A stretch of DNA of 64,000 bases from Nitrospirota bacterium (lineage in GTDB: Bacteria > Nitrospirota > JACRHL01): the NCBI GenBank assembly GCA_029881725.1, contig JAOUMB010000006.1:2333-66332 (forward strand). Reading direction: 5' to 3'. Below, in pieces: positions 48,518 through 59,377 of this stretch. The position numbers and the translations under genes are program-made. Under the pieces are notes generated by a model. That model was not told where the DNA came from. It saw nothing but the letters and a program-made list of their open reading frames with translations, and searched no databases. Numbering within the stretch: the first letter of the stretch is position 1; each line of letters opens with the position of its first letter.

Positions 48518-50336
48518 ACGGCTTCCGATCTCCGTTTTCATCATTGCCCTGAACGAGGCGGACCGCATCCCGCTCACCATCCGCAGCGTGTGCGACTGGG
48601 TGGACGAGGTCATCGTGATCGACTCCGGCAGCACGGACGATACGGTGCAGGTGGCGGAACAGCTCGGGGCCCGCGTGGTGCACAATGATTGGCGGGGGTA
48701 CGGCCCGCAAAAGGTGTTCGGCGAGTCCCTGTGCAAACACGACTGGGTGCTGAACCTGGACGCGGACGAGGAGGTGACCGACACCCTGGCCGGGCAGATC
48801 CGCTCGGCCGTAACCGGTCCCCTCGCGTACACCGCCTACCGGCTGGCGATTCTGCCGGTGCACGCCTTCCAGGACCGGGGGCATCCGTGGACCGTCAACA
48901 ACCGCCCCGTGCGCCTGTACCGCAAGAGCAAGGCCGGATTCAAGGACAGCACCGTGCACGATTCGGTGGTGGTGCACGAAGGGCCCGTGGGTCGGCTGTC
49001 CGGCATGGTGAATCACCGCTCGTTCCGCTCCCTGGAACACCACGTGGAGAAGGTGAACAGCTATTCCAGCGCCCAGGCGGACGACCTGTTCCGCAAGGGC
49101 CGCAACCCCATGCGCCTGGAACTGGCGCTGGTGCCGGTGCTGGCATTCGTCAAGCAGTACCTCCTGCGGCGGGAATTTGTTAACGGCATCGACGGCGTCA
49201 TGGTCAGCTACATGTATGCCTTTCAGCGCTTCATCCGGCTGGCCAAAGCACGCGAGCGCTTTCAGGTGGCCAGGCGCAACCCGGGTAAAACGGTGCTGTG
49301 GTGGGGACGGTTCGACCCGGACTATTCCCGCAACCGCATCCTGCGCCAGCGGTTTGAGGAACTCGGGTGGCGGGTGGTCGATTTCCGCCCCCGCTTCGGG
49401 GCGCTGGGGGACGTGGAGGCAATGGCCCGGCGCCTGAAGGCTCCGGATCTGGTGTGGGTGCCCTGTTTCCGTCAACGGGACATGGGTGCGGCCACGCGCT
49501 GGGCGCGGAGCCGGGGGGTTCCGCTGGTATTCGACCCGTTGATCAGCGCCTATGACAAGCAGGTGTCCGAACGCGCCAAATTCTCCGCCAGCAGCCTGCG
49601 CGGCAAGCGCCTGCTGGCACGGGAGGGGCGGCAGTTCAGGGCCGGGGACGTACTGGTGGCCGATACCGCCGCCCACGCGGATTACTTTGCCTCCACCTTC
49701 GGCGTGCCGAGCGAACGGCTGGCGGTGATTCCGGTGGGGGCCGAAGAGCCGTTGTTTCATTCGGTCCCGCTCCAGCCCAAGGGGGCGGAGCCGCTGGAGG
49801 TTTTGTTCTACGGCAGTTTTATCGGCCTGCACGGTCCGGAGTGGATCGTCGAGGCCGCCCGCATCTACGAAGGGCCCCCGGTAATCTGGACGCTGCTCGG
49901 CGCCGGGCCGCAAGTGGCGGAGTGCAAGCGGCGGGCGGCAACGGTTCCCACCGTGCGCTTCGAGCCATGGGATCCGTATACGCACCGTCCGGTGCGTGTG
50001 CATCAGGCGGACATCCTGCTTGGCGTGTTCGGCACCGGACCCAAGGCGGGGCGGGTGATTCCCAACAAGGTCTATCAATCGCTGGCGTGTGGCCGCCCGG
50101 TGATCACCCGGCATTCAGCCGCATATCCGGAACCGTTGCTGGATGGCACCGGAGGCATGGCCTTCGTGCCGCCGGGAGACCCCAAGGCACTGGCGCGGGC
50201 AGTGGCGGAATGGGCCGCGCAACCGGACCGGTTGGCAGAGATGGGCGTGGCCGCCCGCGCAACCTACGATCGGTATTTCTCCAATCGCGCCGTGGGCGAT
50301 GCCCTGGCGGAGGTGCTGGCCCGGGTGAGCGCTTGA
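48510..50336 (+). CDS. Fused GT2 (KdtX/WaaE-like) + GT4 glycosyltransferase
   Basis: N half: IIALNE, DSGSTD, GYGPQK, LDADE. C half: FYGSFIGLHG, VIPNKVYQSLACGRPVIT. No stop at the junction. Confidence 0.85.
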   Translation: MAERLPISVFIIALNEADRIPLTIRSVCDWVDEVIVIDSGSTDDTVQVAEQLGARVVHNDWRGYGPQKVFGESLCKHDWVLNLDADEEVTDTLAGQIRSAVTGPLAYTAYRLAILPVHAFQDRGHPWTVNNRPVRLYRKSKAGFKDSTVHDSVVVHEGPVGRLSGMVNHRSFRSLEHHVEKVNSYSSAQADDLFRKGRNPMRLELALVPVLAFVKQYLLRREFVNGIDGVMVSYMYAFQRFIRLAKARERFQVARRNPGKTVLWWGRFDPDYSRNRILRQRFEELGWRVVDFRPRFGALGDVEAMARRLKAPDLVWVPCFRQRDMGAATRWARSRGVPLVFDPLISAYDKQVSERAKFSASSLRGKRLLAREGRQFRAGDVLVADTAAHADYFASTFGVPSERLAVIPVGAEEPLFHSVPLQPKGAEPLEVLFYGSFIGLHGPEWIVEAARIYEGPPVIWTLLGAGPQVAECKRRAATVPTVRFEPWDPYTHRPVRVHQADILLGVFGTGPKAGRVIPNKVYQSLACGRPVITRHSAAYPEPLLDGTGGMAFVPPGDPKALARAVAEWAAQPDRLAEMGVAARATYDRYFSNRAVGDALAEVLARVSA

Positions 50337-50390
50337 CGTTTCCGGCGATCGGGATGTGGTAACATTTTCGCCTAATCTCGAGGGGTGAGC

Positions 50391-51158
50391 ATGAAAGCAG
50401 TCATTCTGGCCGGCGGTCTGGGTACCCGGTTGGCCGAGGAAACCGAAACCCGCCCCAAGCCGATGGTCGAGGTCGGCGGCAAACCCATCCTGTGGCACAT
50501 CATGAACATCTATGCGGCACACGGTGTCACCGAGTTCATCATCTGCCTGGGTTACAAGGGGTATGTCATCAAGGAGTATTTTGCCAATTACTTCCTGCAC
50601 ATGTCGGACGTGACCTTCGACCTGTCCGACAACTCCATGGAAGTGCATGAGAATTACTCCCCGCCGTGGAAGGTGACACTGGTGGACACCGGTGCCGAAT
50701 CCATGACCGGAGGCCGTCTGCGCCGGGTCCGGCGATATCTGGGTGACGAGGACTTCTGTTTCACCTACGGCGACGGCGTGGCCGACGTGAATATTGGCGC
50801 CGCCATCGATTTTCATCGCGCGCAGGGGCGTCTGGCGACCGTCACCGCCGCCCAGCCGCCCGGCCGCTTCGGGGTGTTGCAGACCGAGGGGGACGCAATC
50901 GTCGGGTTTCAGGAAAAGCCCCAGGGGGAAAGCGGTTGGGTAAACGCCGGGTTCTTTGTGCTGTCTCCCCGGGTGATCGACTACATTGAAGGGGATGCCA
51001 CCATCTGGGAGCGTGAACCGATGGAACGTCTGGCCAAGGACGGACAGTTGTCCGCCTTCCGCCACAACGGGTTCTGGCAGCCGATGGACACCCTGCGCGA
51101 CAAACAGTTGTTGGAACACCTGTGGGAAACCGGGAAAGCACCGTGGAAGGTATGGTGA
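50391..51158 (+). CDS. rfbF: Glucose-1-phosphate cytidylyltransferase
   Basis: [47 protein letters not shown]. Confidence 0.95.
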   Translation: MKAVILAGGLGTRLAEETETRPKPMVEVGGKPILWHIMNIYAAHGVTEFIICLGYKGYVIKEYFANYFLHMSDVTFDLSDNSMEVHENYSPPWKVTLVDTGAESMTGGRLRRVRRYLGDEDFCFTYGDGVADVNIGAAIDFHRAQGRLATVTAAQPPGRFGVLQTEGDAIVGFQEKPQGESGWVNAGFFVLSPRVIDYIEGDATIWEREPMERLAKDGQLSAFRHNGFWQPMDTLRDKQLLEHLWETGKAPWKVW

Positions 51159-52222
51159 TCGACACCGCGTTCTGGACCGGAAAGCGGGTGCTGGTGACCG
51201 GCCACACCGGCTTCAAGGGGGCGTGGCTGAGCCTGTGGCTGACGGAAATGGGCGCCGTGGTGTCCGGTTATGCGCTGGACCCGCCCACCACGCCAAACCT
51301 GTTCACCCACCTGCGGCTGGACAAGCGCGTTGCCTCGGTGATCGGCGACCTGCGGGACCCGGCCCATGTGCGCCGGGCGGTGGCGGAACACCGCCCCGAC
51401 GTGGTGTTCCATCTGGCCGCGCAGCCGCTGGTGCGCGAATCCTATCGGGACCCGGTGGGAACCTATGCCACCAACGTCATGGGGCTGGTGCACCTGTTCG
51501 AAGCGTTGCGAGAGACGGCGACGGCGCGGGTGATGGTCAACGTCACCAGCGACAAGTGCTACGAAAACCGCGAGTGGGTGTGGGGCTATCGCGAAACCGA
51601 CGCCATGGGCGGCTATGACCCGTACAGCAGCAGCAAGGGGTGCGCGGAACTGGTTACCGCCGCCTACCGCCGTTCCTTTTTTCAGGATGGTGGGATGACC
51701 CTGGCCTCGGCACGGGCCGGCAATGTGATCGGCGGTGGCGACTGGGCGGACGACCGCCTGGTGCCGGACGCCATCCGGGCCTTTGGCGCCGCCAGGCCGC
51801 TTCGGATTCGCAACCCCCACGCGGTGCGCCCGTGGCAGCACGTGCTCGACCCCTTGAACGGCTACATGATGCTGGCCCGCCGGTTGTGGGACGATCCGGG
51901 GTGCGCCGAGGGGTGGAATTTTGGTCCCCCCGCCGAAGACGCCCGCAACGTGGCCTGGGTGGTGGACCGCCTTTGCAGTGCCTGGGGGGAGGGAGCCGCA
52001 TGGGAACGGGATGGCGACGACCATCCCCACGAGGCGTCCCTGTTGTCGCTGGATTGCGCCAAGGCCCGCAACGGCCTTGGGTGGCATCCGGTCTGGCACA
52101 CGGAGCAGGCCCTGGAGGAGACCATTCGTTGGTACCGCGCCGCGTCCGATGGGGAGTCCATGGTCGATTTCAGCCTGCAACAGATCACCCGTTTTTCCAC
52201 CCAGGCGGCTTCCGCCGCGTAA
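51152..52222 (+). CDS. rfbG: CDP-glucose 4,6-dehydratase
   Basis: [41 protein letters not shown]. Confidence 0.95.
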   Translation: MVIDTAFWTGKRVLVTGHTGFKGAWLSLWLTEMGAVVSGYALDPPTTPNLFTHLRLDKRVASVIGDLRDPAHVRRAVAEHRPDVVFHLAAQPLVRESYRDPVGTYATNVMGLVHLFEALRETATARVMVNVTSDKCYENREWVWGYRETDAMGGYDPYSSSKGCAELVTAAYRRSFFQDGGMTLASARAGNVIGGGDWADDRLVPDAIRAFGAARPLRIRNPHAVRPWQHVLDPLNGYMMLARRLWDDPGCAEGWNFGPPAEDARNVAWVVDRLCSAWGEGAAWERDGDDHPHEASLLSLDCAKARNGLGWHPVWHTEQALEETIRWYRAASDGESMVDFSLQQITRFSTQAASAA

Positions 52223-52235
52223 CCCGTTGAGACCC

Positions 52236-53558
52236 ATGTTGAGCCCCGAACAGGACGCCGCCCTGCGCAAGGAAATTCTGGATCTGGTGGCGCGGTATGC
52301 GCAGCAGGCCCACGGACCGAAGGCGTTTACCGCCGGAGAGAGCATGGTGCCGCCCTCCGGAAAGGTTTACGGTGCGGAGGAAATGACCGCACTGGTGGAC
52401 GCGTCGCTGGACTTCTGGCTCACCACGGGCCGCTATAACGACCGGTTTGAATCGCAGTTGGCCACCTTTCTGGGGGTCCGTTATGCATTGACGGTCAATT
52501 CCGGGTCATCCGCCAACCTGCTGGCGGTGGCGGCGCTCAATTCACCGCTCCTCGGTGACCGGGCGCTTAAGCCGGGCGATGAGGTGATTACCGCCGCCGC
52601 CGGGTTCCCCACCACCCTCAATCCGCTCATCCAGCACGGGCAGGTGCCGGTGTTCGTGGATGTGGACCTGGCCACCTGCAACGCCACGGCCGCCGCGGTG
52701 CGCCAGGCGGTGAGCCCGCGTACCCGGGGCATCATGCTGGCGCACACCCTGGGCAACCCGTTCGATATTGCCGGAATCATGGAAATCGCCCGCGAGCACG
52801 ACCTGTGGGTGGTCGAGGATTGCTGTGACGCGCTGGGGGCCACCTTTGGCGGGCAGAAGGTGGGTACCTTCGGCCACATCGGCACGCTCAGCTTCTATCC
52901 GGCGCACCATATCACCATGGGCGAGGGCGGAGCCGTGTTCACTCGCGAGGCCCCGCTCAAGCGGGAACTGGAGTCCATTCGCGATTGGGGGCGCCACTGT
53001 TATTGCCCGCCGGGCAAGGACAACACCTGTGGCAAGCGCTACGACTGGAAACTGGGCGGGCTGCCCGAGGGATACGACCACAAGTACATCTATTCCAACC
53101 TGGGCTACAACCTGAAGATTTCCGACATGCAGGCCGCGGTGGGGGTGGCGCAGATGGATCGCCTGGACGGCTTCATCCGGCGCCGCAACGAGAATTTTGC
53201 CTATCTGCACGAACGCCTGACGCCGCTCTCCGACCGGCTGATCCTTCCCCGCGCCACGCCGGGCAGCGAGCCGTCCTGGTTCGGCTTCCCCATTACCCTG
53301 GATGGCGATGCACGCGGTACCCGCACCGATCTGTTGCGCTTTCTGGACGGGCGCAAGGTGGGGACGCGCCTGCTGTTCGCCGGAAACCTGACCCGGCAAC
53401 CGTACATGCAGGGGCGTGAATTCCGGGTTTCCGGAGAGCTGACCAACACCGACCGGATCATGCACGACACTTTCTGGGTGGGGATCTACCCCGGTTTGGA
53501 CAAGTCCATGCTCGATTACACGGCGGACTCCATCGCGGCCTTTTACGGGGGCGCCTGA
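52236..53558 (+). CDS. rfbH: CDP-4-keto-6-deoxyglucose 3-dehydratase E1 (DdhC)
   Basis: [30 protein letters not shown] (His in place of the PLP Lys), Fe-S motif CYC-x7-C, YDHKY. Confidence 0.93.
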   Translation: MLSPEQDAALRKEILDLVARYAQQAHGPKAFTAGESMVPPSGKVYGAEEMTALVDASLDFWLTTGRYNDRFESQLATFLGVRYALTVNSGSSANLLAVAALNSPLLGDRALKPGDEVITAAAGFPTTLNPLIQHGQVPVFVDVDLATCNATAAAVRQAVSPRTRGIMLAHTLGNPFDIAGIMEIAREHDLWVVEDCCDALGATFGGQKVGTFGHIGTLSFYPAHHITMGEGGAVFTREAPLKRELESIRDWGRHCYCPPGKDNTCGKRYDWKLGGLPEGYDHKYIYSNLGYNLKISDMQAAVGVAQMDRLDGFIRRRNENFAYLHERLTPLSDRLILPRATPGSEPSWFGFPITLDGDARGTRTDLLRFLDGRKVGTRLLFAGNLTRQPYMQGREFRVSGELTNTDRIMHDTFWVGIYPGLDKSMLDYTADSIAAFYGGA

Positions 53559-54106
53559 TGGAGGTGCGTTCCACCGCCATTCCCGGTTGCCGGGAGTTGC
53601 AGCCCGTGGTGCGCGGCGATGCGCGGGGCCGCTTTATAAAAGTCTTTCACCGGGATGATTTTATAACGCATGGAATGAGCGGCGATTTTGCCGAGGCGTA
53701 TTACTCGGTGTCGGAGCGCGGCGTGGTGCGCGGGCTGCATTTTATGCTGCCGCCCCAGGATCAGGACAAGCTGGTCTACTGCACCTCCGGAACCGTTCTG
53801 GACGCGGTGGTCGATCTGCGGCGTGGGTCACCTGCCTTCGGCAAATTTGAAACGTTCGACCTGTCCGCGGAGCGCGCCAACATGGTTTACATCCCCAAGG
53901 GGTGTGCTCACGGCTTTTGTGTCACATCGGCGCAAGCCACCATGGCCTACCACGTGACCACGGTCTATTCGGCGGAGCACGACGCGGGCATCCTGTGGAA
54001 CTCCGCCGGGATTCCCTGGCCCACCGATGCACCGTTGTTGTCCCCGCGGGACCGGGAATTCCCCACGCTGGATGCTTTCGACTCACCCTTTGTGTTCGAG
54101 GGGTGA
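53558..54106 (+). CDS. RmlC/AscE-like NDP-4-keto-sugar epimerase
   Basis: DARGRF, VRGLHF, VVDLRRGSP, AHGF, LSPRD. Confidence 0.88.
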   Translation: MEVRSTAIPGCRELQPVVRGDARGRFIKVFHRDDFITHGMSGDFAEAYYSVSERGVVRGLHFMLPPQDQDKLVYCTSGTVLDAVVDLRRGSPAFGKFETFDLSAERANMVYIPKGCAHGFCVTSAQATMAYHVTTVYSAEHDAGILWNSAGIPWPTDAPLLSPRDREFPTLDAFDSPFVFEG

Positions 54107-55017
54107 TGGCGGTGGGCGAGCCTCGCCGTTTTCTGATTACCGGCGCGACCGGCTTTGTCGGCTCCCGCCTGACCCGGCGGCTGGTGGCGGACGGGCACGA
54201 CTGCCACGTGGTGGTGCGGCCCGACTCGGCACTGGATGAACTGTCCCCGGTGCGGGACCGCCTGACCGTGCACGTGCACGACGGCACCACCGGCGGCATG
54301 TCTCAATTGATGGAGGCGGCGGCGCCGGAGGTGGTGTTCCATTTGGCCGCGTATTTCGTGGCCGAACACCGGTCGGACGACATCGACCGGCTGATCGAGG
54401 CCAATCTCCGCTTTGGCGCCCAGTTGGTGGATGCGCTGTGCGCGCGGGAGCGGCCGCTGCTGGTGAATACCGGCACCTCCTGGCAGCACTTTCATATGGC
54501 GGCATACCGCCCGGTATCGCTGTATGCGGCCACCAAACAGGCGTTCGAGGACCTGCTCGCCTATTACGCCGACGCGACCCGGTTGCAGGTGATCACGCTC
54601 AAACTGTTCGATACCTACGGCCCTGGCGATCCCCGTAAAAAGCTGCTGTTCGCCTTGGCGAATGCGGCACAGAGTGGTGAACAAATGGCGCTTTCCGGCG
54701 GTGAGCAGCACATCGATATGGTGCATGTGGACGACGCCGTTGAGGCGTTTGTGCTGGCGGGACAACGCCTGCTGGCAGGGGAGGTGACCGAACCGGAAAG
54801 CTACGCGGTGTCGTCCGGGACGGCCCCGACACTGCGGGAACTGGTCGCCCTGTTCGAGCGGGCGTCCGGGGGGCGGTTGAATGTGGCGTGGGGGGCCAGA
54901 GCGTACCGTGCCCGCGAGGTGATGCACCCCTGGCGGGGAGGAACCCCGGTGCCGGGGTGGGCGCCGAAGGTGGGGCTGGAGCAAGGGCTTCGTGATATGG
55001 TGACGGCCAATGGCTGA
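54106..55017 (+). CDS. NAD(P)-dependent 4-keto reductase (RfbJ/AscF-like extended SDR)
   Basis: ITGATGFVG, HLAA, NTGTSWQ, YAATK, DTYGP, YRARE. Confidence 0.82.
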   Translation: MAVGEPRRFLITGATGFVGSRLTRRLVADGHDCHVVVRPDSALDELSPVRDRLTVHVHDGTTGGMSQLMEAAAPEVVFHLAAYFVAEHRSDDIDRLIEANLRFGAQLVDALCARERPLLVNTGTSWQHFHMAAYRPVSLYAATKQAFEDLLAYYADATRLQVITLKLFDTYGPGDPRKKLLFALANAAQSGEQMALSGGEQHIDMVHVDDAVEAFVLAGQRLLAGEVTEPESYAVSSGTAPTLRELVALFERASGGRLNVAWGARAYRAREVMHPWRGGTPVPGWAPKVGLEQGLRDMVTANG

Positions 55018-55981
55018 ACGGTTTTCCATCGTGATTGTGCACCGCAACGGCGCGGAAATCCTGTTGCACACCCTGGATGCCCTGGGAAAGGCCGTCGACC
55101 CCGCGCGGGACCGGGTGTTTCTGGTGGACAACGGCAGCACTGACGACTCCTTGTCGCGGGTGCGCCTGTCCCATCCGCACGTGACGGTGATCGAAAACGG
55201 CTGCAACCTGGGGTATGCCGCTGCAATCAACCGGGCGATTTCCGAGACGCAATCTGAATTCGTGCTGCTGCTGAACAACGACGCCTTCGTGCCGCCCCAT
55301 CTGCTGACCCGCATGGAAACGCTGTTCCGGGAACGCCCGCAGGCGGCGATTATCGGCCCGCAACTGGTGTCTCCGGAGGGGGCCACCCAGCGATCCTTTG
55401 GCACCGAGCCCACCGTACGTGGCGAACTGGGCATTCGCCTGCTCCAGCAGCGCCGTCCCAAGGCGCCGTCGGAGCCGGTGGCAGCGGTGGACTGGATCAG
55501 CGGCGCCTGCATGGCGGTGCGGCGGAAGGCGTTCGAGCAGGCCGGGACGATCGACAGCGGGTTCTTTTTCTATTTTGAGGATGTGGAGTGGTGTGTGCGG
55601 CTTCGGCGCGCGGGCTGGCAGGCGTTGTTTGACCGCGAGACCGAGGTGGTGCACATCATGGGCAGCAGCACCAAGCGGGTGCGCCGCGAGGCCCAGGTGG
55701 AAATGTTGCGCTCGCGGCTGCGTTTTTACCGCAAGGTGTTTTCGCCGGGGGCGGCAGCCCTGCTATTGACGGTCCGGTGGTTGCGGCTGCTCCTGAACAC
55801 TGCCTCCTACCTGTTGCTGACCGCGTTGACGCTGGGAATGGCAGGAAAGGTGCGGGGCAAGTTCCTGGACTACGGATACCAGCTAGTCTGGTGGATGTCC
55901 GGCTGCCCGGAGTCCTGGGGGTTGCCGGGAAAACGGGCTTCGGATGGCGGTCAATCGATACCCAGTAACGTCCAATCGTAA
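55010..55981 (+). CDS. Glycosyltransferase family 2 (WbbL-like)
   Basis: DNGSTD, NLGYAAAIN, LLNND, SGACM, YFEDVEWC. Confidence 0.88.
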   Translation: MAERFSIVIVHRNGAEILLHTLDALGKAVDPARDRVFLVDNGSTDDSLSRVRLSHPHVTVIENGCNLGYAAAINRAISETQSEFVLLLNNDAFVPPHLLTRMETLFRERPQAAIIGPQLVSPEGATQRSFGTEPTVRGELGIRLLQQRRPKAPSEPVAAVDWISGACMAVRRKAFEQAGTIDSGFFFYFEDVEWCVRLRRAGWQALFDRETEVVHIMGSSTKRVRREAQVEMLRSRLRFYRKVFSPGAAALLLTVRWLRLLLNTASYLLLTALTLGMAGKVRGKFLDYGYQLVWWMSGCPESWGLPGKRASDGGQSIPSNVQS

Positions 55982-56751
55982 TGGACGTTAAGAGCCTGAC
56001 GGACCCGCTGGACATCTTTTGGCCTGCTCCGACCGCGGTGGCCCCAGATGAGCGAGGCCTTGATGTATGGCATGCCCTGGCTCACCAACTCCGGTGCCGC
56101 AAAGATTGTAAGGTCCGCTTCATTGCGATCGATCCGTTTCCAGCGTGGGAGCCACGTGGCACGTCGTTTCCACACATAGCGGCTTTCTTCCGGAAAAGGG
56201 AAGCGATGGATGAGGGTGTCTCCCTTCAGACCATGCGCGGTCAAGTGGGTGGTCAGGCCGACTTCGTAATCGCGAATCACTTCGCCCTTCGTAGGTATAT
56301 CAACCACGCCGCTCCAAAAGGATTTCCACGCCGGGGATGCCAAAACTGTCTGGCGGAAACACAGAAAATAACTCTGGACGTGCGGGGCCATTTCCTCATG
56401 AGCCGTCAGGCCCCAGAAATCACAGGGCCGGCCCGCCATGGTGGAAAATACGGATTCCAGAGAAAACAGTGGGCCGACGATGCTGGAATTGGTTAACAGG
56501 ACTTCGTCAAAATCGGACAGTTTTTCGTTGGCAAGGCCCAATTTCCAAGCTGCGAAATCAAACCCTTTGTTGGGACGCGTGACAAGTTCATCACAATGCT
56601 GCCTTACCCTCCCCGCGCTCTGATCGTCTAGGGGAGAGTTGGAGACAAACACAAGGCGCGCCACATGCGGGCGCAGAGCGGACAGGTGATAAATGATCCA
56701 GGGGTCAACAGTGCCGCGGGCATTGAAGTGGGCGAATATACAAAGGCGCAT
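55951..56751 (-). CDS. Rhamnan synthesis F (RgpF)-like protein
   Basis: IFAHF, VFVSN, NKGFDFAAW, TNSSIVGP, DFWGLT, HVQSYF, YEVGLT; lower GC. Confidence 0.8.
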   Translation of the reverse strand: MRLCIFAHFNARGTVDPWIIYHLSALRPHVARLVFVSNSPLDDQSAGRVRQHCDELVTRPNKGFDFAAWKLGLANEKLSDFDEVLLTNSSIVGPLFSLESVFSTMAGRPCDFWGLTAHEEMAPHVQSYFLCFRQTVLASPAWKSFWSGVVDIPTKGEVIRDYEVGLTTHLTAHGLKGDTLIHRFPFPEESRYVWKRRATWLPRWKRIDRNEADLTIFAAPELVSQGMPYIKASLIWGHRGRSRPKDVQRVRQALNVHYDWTLLGID

Positions 56752-56897
56752 GGCGAATCACTCTCTAATCAAGAGGGTGGTGGCAAGTTCCTGCTGGCAG
56801 CAAACTTTTCCAAGGCCTATAATAGGGGTTTCTGCAGCTCGGCTCCAGTGGTATAGGGGGGAACCTGTCTACTCGACCGTTAGTGAGAGGCTTTTCG

Positions 56898-57893
56898 ATG
56901 GTGAAATCTGCCGTGTCTACGGAATATAAATGTCGGATATGTGGGCACGTGGGGGGAAATGAAACCTATCAAGTTAGGGAAATGCTATATGGCACCCGGG
57001 AGTTATTTGACTATTTCCAGTGTTCAGATTGTGGATGCGTGCAGATATCTGAAGTCCCGGATGACCTCCAACGCCACTATCCAGAAAATTATGTGTCGTT
57101 CAAAAATTATCATCGACGGGCCGCAAGCCGCGCCCAGCGATTTATCAATCGCGCGCGAGTGTCGCATGCAATTAATGGGTCCGGGCTACTGGGAGGGGTT
57201 CTCAATGCATTTCTGCCGGAGCCAGACTACCTTTTGTGGTGTCGAGAGGCCGGGATAAAACGGGATTCTCGCATTGTTGATATCGGGTGTGGAAATGGAA
57301 AGCTATTGATTCGGATGATGCAGGGAGGGTTTTCCAATCTCTGTGGCGCTGATCCATTTATTGCAGAGGATTTACATTACGGCGACTTGGTGATCCACAA
57401 AATCGGAATGGAGGCGTTGGTTCAACGTTATCCTGGCGCGTTTGACCTAGTTATGCTGCATCACTCTTTCGAGCACATGGACGAGCCGGTTCAGGTGTTG
57501 AAAAATATTGCACGTCTTCTGTCACCAGGAGGTACGGCGCTAATTCGCATTCCCGTGGCCGACAGCTATTGTTGGGAACATTATCGAGAGAATTGGTTTG
57601 CCTTGGATCCGCCCCGCCATCTTTATTTACATACTCGCTCCAGCATGGAACTGGTTGCACGTGAGTCGGGCATGGAGGTCGTCGCGGTACACGATGACGC
57701 TACGGCCACGCAATTTACGGGAAGTGAGCTTTATCAAAGAAACATTGCCGCAAACGCTCCCAAGGAAACCCGCGACATCTTTCGACGGTCTGAGCTTCAA
57801 GCATTTAGTGCGAGAGCAAAAGAACTGAATGCGGCTGGGCGTGGTGATCAGTCCGCCTATTACTTACGCGTCAGTTCAAATGCGAACGGGTAG
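56898..57893 (+). CDS. Class I SAM-dependent methyltransferase with N-terminal Zn ribbon
   Basis: CRICG..CSDCG, VDIGCGNG, HSFEH, LDPPRHL; lower GC. Confidence 0.88.
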   Translation: MVKSAVSTEYKCRICGHVGGNETYQVREMLYGTRELFDYFQCSDCGCVQISEVPDDLQRHYPENYVSFKNYHRRAASRAQRFINRARVSHAINGSGLLGGVLNAFLPEPDYLLWCREAGIKRDSRIVDIGCGNGKLLIRMMQGGFSNLCGADPFIAEDLHYGDLVIHKIGMEALVQRYPGAFDLVMLHHSFEHMDEPVQVLKNIARLLSPGGTALIRIPVADSYCWEHYRENWFALDPPRHLYLHTRSSMELVARESGMEVVAVHDDATATQFTGSELYQRNIAANAPKETRDIFRRSELQAFSARAKELNAAGRGDQSAYYLRVSSNANG

Positions 57894-58204
57894 CGTGAAA
57901 TCTGGTCTGCAGGCAGTGTTTTAGCGATCAGTCTGGCGTATCGCAACAGGTCGTCACTGTGTTTCCGGCGCACTCCAAAGGTGATCAAATCCAGTTCCAG
58001 TAAAGCATTTGGGGGATACCCGTGCCCCCATTGGGTAATCCGTAGTGGGTTCTTTCGGTATACGTCCCTTTGGGCCTGACCGGCGGGTGGAGGGGGCAAG
58101 CATCGACAATCGTTTCATAATAACTCTTTTTTCCGAACCTTTCGCCATGCCTGAGTGGGATTGCGGAAGCGGAAAGTGAAAAAACCTCAACCACCGTTGG
58201 AATT

Positions 58205-59362
58205 TTGCACTCCCCAATTCATTCAACTGTCCGGGCCGTACGAGGCATTGAATCGGTGCTGGCTTGTGCGGCGCTGTTGCTTGTTGCATGCAGTGGAGAT
58301 CCGGCTCCGTTCACCATAACCCCCGAACGCCGGATCCCTGTCGAAGTCATCACTGCCGCTTCGGCTCCGTTTATCGAAAGCTACCGTGTCACCGCCGTGG
58401 CGGCGCCGGATCAGGTGTGGCACTTGTCCGCTGAGGTGGCCGGGACGCTGGCTGAACTGGTGGCGGATCAGGGGGATCGGGTGGCCAAGGGGGACGTGCT
58501 GGCGCGGTTCGACCCGGTGCCGTTCGAACTGGCGCGGGATATCCGCACCGCTGAGCGCGACCGCGCCCGGGTTCGGCTGGCACTGGCCAGGAAGACTTTC
58601 AAGCGTCAACAGGGGTTGCACAATCAGGGCTCCGTGTCCGACTCCATTCTGGAGGAGGCCGAACTGGCCGTGAAACTGGCCGAAGCCGACCTGAAGCTGG
58701 CGGAACTTGCCCTCACCAACGCCGGGCGCGATCTGGAAAACAGCGTGATCACCGCCCCGGCGGACGGGGAGGTTACCCGGCGGTTTCCCGAGGTGGGAGC
58801 CGTGGTGGCACCGGGGCAACCCCTGTTCCATCTGGCGCGTACCGATCGCATTCGCCTTCAGGCCGGCCTGTCCGAAAACCAGGTGGTGCATGTGCGCGCG
58901 GGCGGAGAGGCGCGGGTGGCCTTTGACGCCCTGCCGGGGGAAACCTTCACTGGCAGCATTCTCAGCGTCGGTTCCGTGGATCAGCCGGGGGAGGCCACGT
59001 TCCCGGTGGAGGTGGATCTGGACAATCCGGAAGGGCGCATCCGGCCCGGCATGGTGGCGCGGGTGACCACCGGGGGGCGCGCACTGGCCGAGGCGGTGCG
59101 GGTTCCGGCGCTGGCCGTGCGCACCACCGCCGACGGCCCGGTGGTGTTTATGCTGTCGGAGGGTGCCGCCCGCCGGGTGCCGGTGACCGTGGCCGCGCTG
59201 GTGGATGAATCCGCCGTGCTTACCTCTGGCGTCCAATCCGGAGACCGGGTGGTCGTGGTGGGGCAGGCGGCCCTCAAGGGGGGCGAAAAGCTCGAGGTGG
59301 CGGCGCAGGACGGCAAACTGGTCGGACAACGGGGTGTCCCCGCTGTGGACAGCCTGCCCTAG
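58205..59362 (+). CDS. RND efflux periplasmic adaptor (lipoprotein)
   Basis: Lipobox LLVAC, LSAEVAG, ITAPADG, RPGM. Start uncertain. Confidence 0.88.
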   Translation: MHSPIHSTVRAVRGIESVLACAALLLVACSGDPAPFTITPERRIPVEVITAASAPFIESYRVTAVAAPDQVWHLSAEVAGTLAELVADQGDRVAKGDVLARFDPVPFELARDIRTAERDRARVRLALARKTFKRQQGLHNQGSVSDSILEEAELAVKLAEADLKLAELALTNAGRDLENSVITAPADGEVTRRFPEVGAVVAPGQPLFHLARTDRIRLQAGLSENQVVHVRAGGEARVAFDALPGETFTGSILSVGSVDQPGEATFPVEVDLDNPEGRIRPGMVARVTTGGRALAEAVRVPALAVRTTADGPVVFMLSEGAARRVPVTVAALVDESAVLTSGVQSGDRVVVVGQAALKGGEKLEVAAQDGKLVGQRGVPAVDSLP

Positions 59363-59377
59363 GGCGGATTTCTCCCC

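Noticed and set aside
56791-56805. TGGCAAGTTCCTGCT as a sigma54 promoter
   Set aside because: GG-to-GC spacing is 9 nt rather than the required 10.
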